Under the pieces are notes generated by a model, which was given only the letters and a program-made list of their open reading frames with translations, did not search any database and had not been told where the DNA came from. Positions 12,627 through 23,400 of a DNA stretch of 64,000 bases are shown piece after piece. Position 1 is the first letter of the stretch. Every line of letters begins with the position of its first letter. The DNA is taken from assembly GCA_038087875.1 (NCBI GenBank), contig JAXLNO010000221.1, positions 1-64,000 on the forward strand. The letters are read 5' to 3'. Position numbers and translations under genes: made by a program. The DNA is from Malacoraja senta (lineage: Eukaryota).

Positions 12627-14256
12627 TTATCAGCAAAAAAAGTGGAGGAATGAGTTGCAGAGATCCGGATTGGAGGTAGGGAGAGTGTTGGCTCGAGGCT
12701 TGAGGAGTTTGCAGACTGTGCAGAAGAGGGTTCTGTGGTTTAGGCAGGGGTCAGTGAATATGGAGGAGAGGTAGGCAGATTTAGCAGCAGTGAGGGCATC
12801 TTTATAGGCAGTGAGGTGGAGTTTGTAAGCTTCATGGGGGACTGTGAGAGGTGATTCCTTTTTGAGTCGTTCAAGTCGGCGACCAATCTGTTTCAGCTTA
12901 CGAAGTGCAGGTGTGTACCAGGGTGAAGATTTATTAAAAGTTACGGTTCTTGTTTTGTGGGGAGCCAGAGTGTTAAGGGAGGTAGACAAGGTGGAATTGA
13001 GATGGTTTGTGAGATCATCAGGTGAGATGTGGGTTGAGTCCAGGGGGAGAGTGGTGGAGAGCAGGTCAGAGAGATGGTGAGGGTCGATGGATTTTAGATT
13101 ACGGAAGGTGATTTCTCGGAGGAGCAGGGGCGAGGTGTCGGAGAAGGGATGGTGAACCGTATAAGCTTATGATCAGAGAGGGGGAAGAGGGATGGATGGA
13201 GGTCGAGTACCGGTTGATTTGTGGAGCAGACCAGGTCAAGGATGTGACCTTTGTCATGAGTGGGAAAGGTGACGTGCTGAGTGAGAGAGAAGTTGTCAAG
13301 TAGAAAAGCGAATTCAGATGCGAACTTGCAGTCCATATGAATGTTTAAGTCACCAAGTAGCAGCAGACGTGGGGTGAGAGATGAGACAAGTGTGAGGAAT
13401 TCAGTGGTCAGATAGGAAGGAGGGATTTGGAGGCCGGTAAATGAGGATGACTGTCATGGAGGAAAGGGCTTTGAAGGCAAGGAATTCAAACGATGCTACT
13501 GGGGGGAGGGGGAGTTCAGCGATCGGAAAGTTCTGGTTGAAAATAACAGCGAGGCCACCTCCATGGCGGGAGGGGCGGGGTTTGGAAATATAATTAAACC
13601 CAGATGGAGATGCTTGGTTGAGGGAGAAGACATTGGGTTGTTGCAAGGTTTCAGTGAACAGAAGGAAGTCAAGAGTGTTGTCAAGGATTAGTTCATGGAG
13701 GGCAAGGGCTTTGTTGTTGAGCGACCGGGTGTTGAGGAGGGCAAAGTTGGCATTGTGAGAGGGTGGAGGGATGGGGGCAGGCTGGAGAGATCTGAGGTTG
13801 TCCCAGTTGAGAGTGTATGTGGTCAGCTGGGATAGGGGGTGACACGGTTGAGGGAGGGCAGAGCGCGGCAGTGAGAAGATGAATGGAATGGAACGTCCAT
13901 GGCCGGAGCAGACAAGCTTGCGTCGAGAGACTCTATGGATGTAACGGGGTCGACGCAGAAGTCCAAACTGTTTAACGATTGGGATGCAGGATGGGGTGTG
14001 ATTGTTGGAGAGACCAGTCAGCCGCAGAGCCGAGTATTTGATCATGATGAAGCGGCAGAGAGGTTGTCCAGCGGTGAGGGCGCAGAGAGGTGTCCAGCAG
14101 AGAAGTCGAAGAGGGGTGTCCAGCAGCGATGGGTGTCCGGCAGCGAGGGCGCAGAGAGGTCGTCCAGCGGTGCAGGTGGAGAGAGGTATCCAGCGGTGCA
14201 GGTGGAGAGAGAAGCCAGCGGTGTGTGAGCAGAGACGCCGTCCAGTAGAGCTGGTG
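12627..14256 (-). mobile_element. L2-clade LINE 5' part (5' tandem repeats, APE domain, linker)
   Basis: LLNTRSLNNK..FTET..RHGGGLAVI..IYRPP; PTHDKGHILDLV; LSDHKLI; SPWYTPALRKLKQ; imperfect ~26-bp repeats at 14050-14250. Confidence 0.82.
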
Positions 14257-14384
14257 CACACCACTGCTTTGAAGAATGTCGCGCATGCGTGCTGGACGGG
14301 TTCTTCACGTAATCCCTCATCGTAACTCCTCATAAAATACAGATCAAACTTCAAACTGGTAAGTTCTCGTTTAATCTTACTATT
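14257..14384 (+). mobile_element. Second copy of the DIRS right terminus (128 bp)
   Basis: Matches 12499-12626 with 2 mismatches by eye. Confidence 0.95.
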
Positions 14385-14901
14385 ATAGACCAGTTAGCCT
14401 GACATCGGTGGTGGGGAAGATGCTGGAGTCAATTATAAAAGATGAGATAGCCGCACATTTGGATAGCAGTAACAGGATCCGTCCGAGTCACCATGGATTT
14501 ACGAAGGGGAAATCATGCTTGACTAATCTTCTGGAATTTTTTGAAGATGTAACTAGGAAAATGGACAAGGGAGAGCCAGTGGATGTAGTGTACCTGGACT
14601 TTCAGAAAGCATTTGATAAGGTCCCACATAGGAGATTAGTGGGCAAAATTAGGGCACATGGTATTGGGGGTAGAGTGCTGACATGGATAGATAAGTGGTT
14701 GGCAGACAGGAAACAAAGCGTAGGGATTAACGGGTCACTTTCAGAATGGCAGGCAGTGACTAGTGGGGTACCGCAAGGCTCGGTGCTGGGACCGCAGCTA
14801 CTAACAATATACATCAATGATTTGGATGAAGGGATTCAAAGTAACATTAGCATATTTGCAGATGACACAAAGCTGGGTGAACTGTGAGGAGGATGTTATG
14901 A
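14382..14901 (+). mobile_element. CR1 RT segment, right part of the interrupted copy; lacks its 3' end
   Basis: [46 protein letters not shown], then abrupt switch to AIP intron sequence. Confidence 0.92.
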
Positions 14902-14928
14902 GTGGAGGTACGGGGGGGGATTCCCTAC

Positions 14929-15108
14929 CCGCGTGTCACAGGTGAACTCGGCCACCTCCCCTTCACACATGGAGCTGACGACCGTCTCCCACACGGGCGG
15001 CTTGAACTTCTTGCCGATGATCAGCTCCATGGGTTTGCCGTTGGTCCGGCTGTCGTCGATGAGCGTCCGCTCTGGGTCACAGCGCAGGGTCTTGTAGTGG
15101 AACGTGGC
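14929..15108 (-). pseudogene. AIP: AIP (aryl hydrocarbon receptor-interacting protein) exon 2, FKBP-like domain; probably part of a truncated copy
   Basis: cacacag|GCC..CGG|gtaggg, 180 nt, phase 0/0; [60 protein letters not shown] resembles recalled human [29 protein letters not shown] rather than AIPL1. Confidence 0.9.
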
Positions 15109-15202
15109 CTGTGTGGGGGGGTGAGAGGTCACAGGTCAGTGGTCACTGCGGTCAGTGCAGGGTTCACGGGGTCAGACCGCAGGGTCTTTTTCTATGTTTC
15201 TA

Positions 15203-15650
15203 TTTCATATGAAGAAAGACTGGATAGACTCGGCTTGTACTCGCTGGAATTTAGAAGATTGAGGGGGGATCTTATAGAAACTTACAAAATTCTTAAGGGG
15301 TTGGACAGGCTGGATGCAGGAAGATTGTTCCCGATGTTGGGGAAGTCCAGAACACGGGGTCACAGTTTAAGGATAAGGGGGAAGTCTTTTAGGACCGAGA
15401 TGAGAAAAGCATTTTTCACACAGAGAGTGGTGAATCTGTGGAATTTTCTACCACAGAAAGTTGAGGCCAGTTCATTGGCTATATTTAAGAGGGAGTTAGA
15501 TGTGGCCCATGTGGCTAAAGGGATCAGGGGGTATGGAGAGAAGGCAGGTACAGGACACTGAGTTGGATGATCAGCCATGATCATATTGAACGGCGGTGCA
15601 GGCTCGAAGGGCCGAATGACCTACTCCTGCACCTATTGTCTATGTTTCTA
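15203..15650 (+). mobile_element. CR1 3' end
   Basis: SYEERLDRLGLYSLEFRRLRGDLIETYKI..TRGHSL..FFTQRVVNLWN plus TTTCTATG-type tail. Confidence 0.92.
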
Positions 15651-16135
15651 ATAACCCATGCCTGCCTTCTCCCCATATCCCTTGACTCCACCAGCCCCTA
15701 TAGCTCTATCTAACTCTCTCATAAATCCATCCAGTGACGGCCTCCACTGCCCTCTGTGGCAGGGAATTCCACAAATTCACACAACTCTCTGGGTGGAAAA
15801 GGTTTTTCTCACCTCAGTCTTAAATGACCTCCCCTTTATTCTAAGACTGTGGCCACTGGTTTTGGACTCGCCCAACATTGGGAACATTTTTCCTGCATCT
15901 AGCTTGTCCAGTCCTTTTATAATTTTATATGTTTCTATAAGATACCCCCTCATCCTTCTAAACTCAAGTGAATACAAGCCTAGTCTTTTCAATCTTTCCT
16001 CATATGACAGTCCCGCCATCCCAGGGATCAATCTGGTGAACCTACGCTGCACTGCCTCAATCACAAGGATGTCCTTCCTCAAATTAGGAGACCAAAACTG
16101 TACACAATAGTCCAGGTGTGGTCTCTATACAACTC
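15651..16135 (-). mobile_element. CR1 3' fragment
   Basis: EAVQRRFTRLIPGMAGLSYEERLKRLGLYSLEFRR. Confidence 0.9.
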
Positions 16136-16139
16136 CAGA

Positions 16140-16740
16140 TGTCCCTCTAACCCTCCGCCCATTGGCCGGGCCGTCTGTCCGTCTCCCTCCTCCTCCAATG
16201 ACCAACGACTGCAGACGGGACAACCTCCAACCTCCGGCCATTGGCCAGGCCGTCTGTCCGTCGCCGCCTCCTCCTCCAATCACTGCTTGTGGGAGGCGGG
16301 ACAACCTACTACCCCCCATTGGATGATCCAGCCGCCCATCACCCAAACTCCATCCAATCAGCCACGTCTAGTGGCGGGAAAACCACCAACCCTCCCATTG
16401 GCCCTTCCATCCCTCAGTCTCCCATCCTCCTCCAATGAGCGCGGTCTGGGGGCGGGAAAACCCTCATACCCTCCCCCTCATTGGATAATCCGCCTCTCCC
16501 GTCTCCATCCAATCAGCTACGACAGGAGGGCGGGACAACCTCCTACTCCCCCGCCCATTGGCCGGTCCATCCGTCCGTCACCCGTCTCCAGTCCATTGGA
16601 TAATTCGTCCGCCCATCACCCAGTCCCCATCCAATCAGCGCCTGCGGCAGGCGGGATGTCCCTCGAACCAGCCGCCCATTGGCGGGGGTCGCCGTCCGTC
16701 ACCGCCTCCTCGTCCAATCAGCGCGGTCGGGGGGCGGGCA
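16140..16740 (+). promoter_or_regulatory. GC/CpG-rich promoter-like array with ~79-bp periodic ATTGG..CCAAT..GGCGGGA units
   Basis: 8 ATTGG and 7 CCAAT counted between 16161 and 16718; GGCGGGAAAA at 16373 and 16451; GC box near 16731. Confidence 0.6.
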
Positions 16741-16806
16741 CTGGCGACGGTTGGTGCCCGGAGTCGCCGCCATCTTGATCGCCGGCGCCGTCACCGTCTC
16801 CCCTCA
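16741..16806 (+). other. Candidate non-coding first exon (start approximate), possibly of the ZNF gene
   Basis: YY1-like GCCGCCATCTTG at ~16766 and donor CA|GTAAGT at 16807, directly downstream of the CCAAT array. Confidence 0.45.
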
Positions 16807-16862
16807 GTAAGTCTCTCTCTCCCTCTCTCTCTCTCTGTCCCCCAGCGTCCCCGCCCCGCTAC

Positions 16863-16990
16863 CTTGGTGCCGGGGGTGAAGCGCTGCCGCCCGCCGGCCG
16901 GCCGGGGTCATGGCCGCCGTGGATGATGCGTTTGACCACCCCGTCCATGTCCGACAGCGACGCCGAGAGCGCCGAGTCCGCGTCCGCCAT
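16863..16990 (-). pseudogene. AIP: AIP coding exon 1, copy 1 (frameshifted)
   Basis: aagATGGCG start; MADADSALSASLSDMDGVVKRIIHGG in one frame and RFTPGTK|gtagcg in another; 128 nt is not a multiple of 3. Confidence 0.8.
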
Positions 16991-19114
16991 CTTGGCGCGG
17001 CGGCGCCTCGAACAACCGCCCGCCCGCCCGCTCGGGTGTTTCCGCTCACGCACTCGGGCGTTTCCGGAGGCGGTCATACACTCGGCTCACTCGGGCTGTG
17101 ATATATCCCACAATGACATGCAGCAAAATTATAAGACAGTATCTAGCAATGTTACAAAATTTTTAGATTAAAAAAATAAAGTCTGCAATTTATCCCATCA
17201 GATAAAGCATAAAAAGAAGTTAAATTTGACACCTAATTCACTTTCATATCTTCAGTATTAAAGAAGTAATGGCGATTTTCATACTCGGAAATTAGCATCT
17301 TGTTCCCTATTGCTTTTCCATTGACTTAACACAAAAGCTGTGATCGAGGACAGTCAAAAGCCCATAACTTTCTTAAAAATTAAGAGAACTGCAATAAATT
17401 TTCAGTTATTATAGACTGAAGCATTCTGAAACAAATATGAAACAATCTTACTTAGAAGATGAAATTAAAGCATATAATTAGTTAGTTACCTAATTGTAGC
17501 TAATTACAAAATTACTAGATCTAAACATCTATCAATTTCTTAAGAATAGATTAACATTTTTTAATAGCCTAAGTGTCCAAATAACATTCACACAAGAATT
17601 CACAATATAACATAATTTTTAAATCTCATTGTCATGAATTTACAGGCCAAATGGAAGGAATTGAATGTTTAATACCTGCAAATTAATGGGCATTTAAATC
17701 ATTTTGCGAGTGAGAATTTCTGGAACGCGATCATTTGGAACGTTGATTTGCGGTGAATTTAACCCCGTTTCGGCATGAAATATTCTGCCGTTCGGGGAAT
17801 AAAATCATCGTTTCGCATGAAAAAATATTAATTGAAGGCTTCTTAAGAAGCACTTTTATACATTAAAATAAACCACTTTCGTTTACCTGTCCCGTGTGTG
17901 AAATCCGTCCCCGTTGTCAGCATTGACGGCTTCAGAAGCTGATTTTAAAATGACTCCAGCGCTGACATTGTTGATTTAATAAAAATAAAAAATACACAAA
18001 ACGCCCCTCGGAACGATTTTTCAGCAAACGCTTGTACTCCAACGAAATATAATACAGGACAAGGTAGGAGAAACCCGTGTTTTAAACCCGCCCACCCCTT
18101 AAAGGCGCCAAAATCGTGCACACGGCCAGTGGCAGAATTACAGCGCCGCTGAGGGTAAGTATTGTAACATACCTACAGTATCTCAACTCTTTTTACACAT
18201 TGCAATTAATGCAATTTCTATTAGTTCTTTCCACTTCCAAACAAAAATGTGGTTGGATTATTCAGCGTATGATCAACCTGTGTCAATAAATCCTGGACCA
18301 TGGTAACATATATGCGTATGTATAGTTGTGAATGTTGCTCATTAAATAACTACAGTACTGATACTCCATATTAAGAGCATTGATTTGCCGTTAAAATGAA
18401 TTCTGTAATAACGTGTCAACGTCAGCAGTGACAATCGAACACTGCCGTTTTAATGTTTCACGTGTTCACAATTTAATTAATCCATCTTTATGGATTAAAA
18501 CAAATAATAACATTGGGAATTAAAACACATTTGATTGCATTCCGTTATCAAACATAGTCAATGTTCGCTCTGAAGACATTTCCAGCACAATAGGGTCAGA
18601 GAGGGGGGTGTGTGTGAATCAGTGCGGGGTGGATAGATGGCGGGGGTGGGGGGTTAGAAGGCACTCGGTGCAGAATGGATGGATTGAGGCAGGTGAATTA
18701 GTACGTGTTGGTTGGAGTAGGTTAAATTGTGAGGGGAGAGCATGGGGGATGTCAGTGGTGTTGAATGGGGGGGTTCATTAGGGGATGGATGGGGGTAGAC
18801 AAAAGTGCTGGAGAAACTCAGCGGGTGAGGCAGCATCTATGGAGCGAAGGAAATAGGCAACATTTCGGGTCGAGACCCTTCTTCAGACTGTTCCCCCCAT
18901 TCTTCTTGAATGGGAGGATCAGTACAGGATGGATGGGGGGGGATATCAGCGCAGGATGAATGGGGGGGGTCAGTACAATGTGGATCGGAGGGTGTGCAGG
19001 ATGAATGAGGGGAGGGGAGCGATGAATTGATCGCCGGCGCCGTCACCGTCTCCCCTCAGTAAGTCTCTCTCTCCCTCTCTCTCTCTCTGTCCCCCAGCGT
19101 CCCCGCCCCGCTAC

Positions 19115-19242
19115 CTTGGTGCCGGGGGTGAAGCGCTGCCGCCCGCCGGCCGGCCGGGGTCATGGCCGCCGTGGATGATGCGTTTGACCACCCCGTCCAT
19201 GTCCGACAGCGACGCCGAGAGCGCCGAGTCCGCGTCCGCCAT
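19115..19242 (-). pseudogene. AIP: AIP coding exon 1, copy 2 (same frameshift)
   Basis: Identical to 16863-16990. Confidence 0.8.
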
Positions 19243-21871
19243 CTTGGCGCGGCGGCGCCTCGAACAACCGCCCGCCCGCCCGCTCGGGTGTTTCCGCTCA
19301 CGCACTCGGGCGTTTCCGGAGGCGGTCATACACTCGGCTCACTCGGGCTGTGATATATCCCACAATGACATGCAGCAAAATTATAAGACAGTATCTAGCA
19401 ATGTTACAAAATTTTTAGATTAAAAAAATAAAGTCTGCAATTTATCCCATCAGATAAAGCATAAAAAGAAGTTAAATTTGACACCTAATTCACTTTCATA
19501 TCTTCAGTATTAAAGAAGTAATGGCGATTTTCATACTCGGAAATTAGCATCTTGTTCCCTATTGCTTTTCCATTGATTTAACACAAAAGCTGTGATCGAG
19601 GACAGTCAAAAGCCCATAACTTTCTTAAAAATTAAGAGAACTGCAATAAATTTTCAGTTATTATAGACTGAAGCATTCTGAAACAAATATGAAACAATCT
19701 TACTTAGAAGATGAAATTAAAGCATATAATTAGTTAGTTACCTAATTGTAGCTAATTACAAAATTACTAGATCTAAACATCTATCAATTTCTTAAGAATA
19801 GATTAACATTTTTTAATAGCCTAAGTGTCCAAATAACATTCACACAAGAATTCACAATATAACATAATTTTTAAATCTCATTGTCATGAATTTACAGGCC
19901 AAATGGAAGGAATTGAATGTTTAATACCTGCAAATTAATGGGCATTTAAATCATTTTGCGAGTGAGAATTTCTGGAACGCGATCATTTGGAACGTTGATT
20001 TGCGGTGAATTTAACCCCGTTTCGGCATGAAATATTCTGCCGTTCGGGGAATAAAATCATCGTTTCGCATGAAAAAATATTAATTGAAGGCTTCTTAAGA
20101 AGCACTTTTATACATTAAAATAAACCACTTTCGTTTACCTGTCCCGTGTGTGAAATCCGTCCCCGTTGTCAGCATTGACGGCTTCAGAAGCTGATTTTAA
20201 AATGACTCCAGCGCTGACATTGTTGATTTAATAAAAATAAAAAATACACAAAATGCCCCTCGGAACGATTTTTCAGCAAACGCTTGTACTCCAACGAAAT
20301 ATAATACAGGACAAGGTAGGAGAAACCCGTGTTTTAAACCCGCCCACCCCTTAAAGGCGCCAAAATCGTGCACACGGCCAGTGGCAGAATTACAGCGCCG
20401 CTGAGGGTAAGTATTGTAACATACCTACAGTATCTCAACTCTTTTTACACATTGCAATTAATGCAATTTCTATTAGTTCTTTCCACTTCCAAACAAAAAT
20501 GTGGTTGGATTATTCAGCGTATGATCAACCTGTGTCAATAAATCCTGGACCATGGTAACATATATGCGTATGTATAGTTGTGAATGTTGCTCATTAAATA
20601 ACTACAGTACTGATACTCCATATTAAGAGCATTGATTTGCCGTTAAAATGAATTCTGTAATAACGTGTCAACGTCAGCAGTGACAATCGAACACTGCCGT
20701 TTTAATGTTTCACGTGTTCACAATTTAATTAATCCATCTTTATGGATTAAAACAAATAATAACATTGGGAATTAAAACACATTTGATTGCATTCCGTTAT
20801 CAAACATAGTCAATGTTCGCTCTGAAGACATTTCCAGCACAATAGGGTCAGAGAGGGGGGTGTGTGTGAATCAGTGCGGGGTGGATAGATGGCGGGGGTG
20901 GGGGGTTAGAAGGCACTCGGTGCAGAATGGATGGATTGAGGCAGGTGAATTAGTACGTGTTGGTTGGAGTAGGTTAAATTGTGAGGGGAGAGCATGGGGG
21001 ATGTCAGTGGTGTTGAATGGGGGGGTTCATTAGGGGATGGATGGGGGTAGACAAAAGTGCTGGAGAAACTCAGCGGGTGAGGCAGCATCTATGGAGCGAA
21101 GGAAATAGGCAACATTTCGGGTCGAGACCCTTCTTCAGACTGTTCCCCCCATTCTTCTTGAATGGGAGGATCAGTACAGGATGGATGGGGGGGGGATATC
21201 AGCGCAGGATGAATGGGGGGGGTCAGTACAATGTGGATCGGAGGGTGTGCAGGATGAATGAGGGGAGGGGGGGAAGGTGCAGGGTAAATGGAGGGTGGGT
21301 CAGTACGGGATGAATGCGTGGATTAGTACAGGATGGATGGAGGAGAAGTGCAGGATGGATGGGAAAGGGGTAAGTACAGGGTGAATTGGGGAACCAGTGT
21401 AGGATGGATGGGGGGGGGGGGTGGCAGGGGAATCAATGCGAGGTGGATAGGGTGATCAGCGCAGGATGAATAGATGGGGGGGGGTAGATATGGAGGGGAG
21501 CACAGGAGATGTCAGTGAGGACTGAATAGAGGCAGGAATGGGGATCAGTGCGGGATGGAGTGGAGGGGTCCCAGGATAAGGGGGTGGAGGGGGCGTACAA
21601 GAGAAAGGGAGAGGGGCGTGAGGTGGGGAGGAAGGAAGATCAGCACTCCTCGGACAATATCGCCCCGCTGCCTTGGCCGTTGGGAACTCCTCGCCACCGC
21701 CTCCCTCCTCCGCCAGCCAACAGCAAGGTGCGGGGCCGAGCGGTACAGCTCAAAGATCCTATAGCTATAAGATCTTTGATGCAACTGCTTCAGACGAGTC
21801 GAAGCGAATGACGGGCGTCGCACAGCGGCAGCAGCGACAGCGGCTGCGTCTCCTCCCGCCCCCCCGCCCGG

Positions 21872-22012
21872 CCTGATAAGGGCCTCTGCTTGTAAACCCA
21901 CTAACGGCGATAACCGCTTTCAAAACAAACCCTCCCGCTCGCCGTGCGGGAGGGTTTGTTTTGAAAGCGGTTATCGCCGTTAGTGGGTTTACAAGCAGCG
22001 GCCCTTATCAGG
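21872..22012. repeat. Long palindrome: 67-bp arms, 7-nt loop
   Basis: 21872-21938 is the reverse complement of 21946-22012 with one mismatch. Confidence 0.95.
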
Positions 22013-22319
22013 GCGGGAGGAGGCGGCTATGTAGCCGCTGCTGCCGCTGTTCGGGGCCCGTCTTTCGCTCTGTACCTTCCTCACCCCGCACCTAGTATCT
22101 TTGCCCCGCAATACAGCCGTCACCGTCGACACAAAACATAGCGTTCCTTTTCTCCAGAGATGCTGCCTGACCCGCGGAGTTACTCCAGTTTTTTGTGTCT
22201 ATCTTCGGTACAAACCAGTATCTGGTTGCCAAACCGGGCAAAATGACTCGGTGTTTAGGTTGCCCGGCGGTGCTTTGAGTGGTCAGTGACACCCGGGCAA
22301 CCTCTGATTTCGAGCCCTG

Positions 22320-23400
22320 CAGTGAAGAATGCGAATGGTATGTTAGCATTCATAGCAAAAGGACTTGAGTATAGGAGCAGGGAGGTTCTACTGCAGTTGT
22401 ACAGGGTCTTGGTGAGACCACACCTGGAGTATTGCGTACAGTTTTGGTCTCCAAATCTGAGGAAAGACACTCTTGCCATAGAGGGAGTACAGAGAAGGTT
22501 CACCAGACTGATTCCTGGGATGGCAGGACTTTCATATGAAGAAAGACTGGATAGACTCGGCTTGTACTCGCTAGAATTTAGAAGATTGAGGGGGGATCTT
22601 ATAGAAACTTACAAAATTCTTAAGGGTACACAAAAATGCTGGAGAAACTCAGCGGGTGCAGCAGCATCTATGGAGCGAAGGAAACAGGCAACGTTTCGGG
22701 CCGAAACCCTTCTTCAGACTTCAAATTCTTAAGGGGTTGGACAGGCTAGATGCAGGAAGATTGTTCCCGATGTTGGGGAAGTCCAGAACACGGGGTCACA
22801 GTTTAAGGATAAAGGGGGAGTCTTTTATGACCGAGATGAGAAAAACATTTTTCACACAGAGTGAGTTAGATGTGGCCCTTGTGGCTAAAGGTATCAGGGG
22901 GTATGGAGAGAAGGCAGGTACAGGATACTGAGTTGGATGATCAGCCATGATCGTATTGAATGGCGGTACAGGCTCGAATGGCCTCCTGCACCTATTTTCT
23001 ATGTTTCTATGTTAAGGGGGGACTTGATAGAGGTCTTTAAAATGATGAGAGGGGTAGCCAGAGTTGACGTGGATAAGCTTTTTCCATTGAGGGTAGTAGG
23101 GAAGATTCAAACAAGAGGACATGATTTGAGAATTAAGGGACAGAAGTTTAAGGGTAACATGAGGGGGAACTTCTTTACTCAGAGAGTGGTAGCTGTGTGG
23201 AATGTGCTCCCAGTGGAAGTGGTGGGTGCAGGTTCGATTTTATCATTTAAAAATAAATTGGATAGGTATATGGACGGGAAAGGAATGGAGGGTCATGGTC
23301 TGATTGCTGGTAGATGGGACTAGGGGAGAATAAGTGTTCGGCACGGACTAGAAGGGCCGAGATGGCCTGTTTCCGTGCTGTAATTGTTATATGGTTATAT
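22320..23400 (+). mobile_element. Two adjacent CR1 3' ends of different families; the first carries a Penelope tail insertion at 22627-22722
   Basis: LVRPHLEYCVQFWSP..; tails TTTCTATG (~23000) and GTTATATG (~23390). Confidence 0.9.

Larger units (their letters stand above)
16775..21270. repeat. Near-identical tandem duplication, period 2252 bp
   Basis: 16775-19017 repeats at 19027-~21270; identical ORFs offset by 2252; I saw two C/T substitutions and one poly-G length difference. Confidence 0.97.

Noticed and set aside
16910..17101. Plus-strand ORF MAAVDDAFDH.. faintly like the TMEM134 N-terminus
   Set aside because: It is the antisense of AIP exon 1 and the similarity is only about four residues
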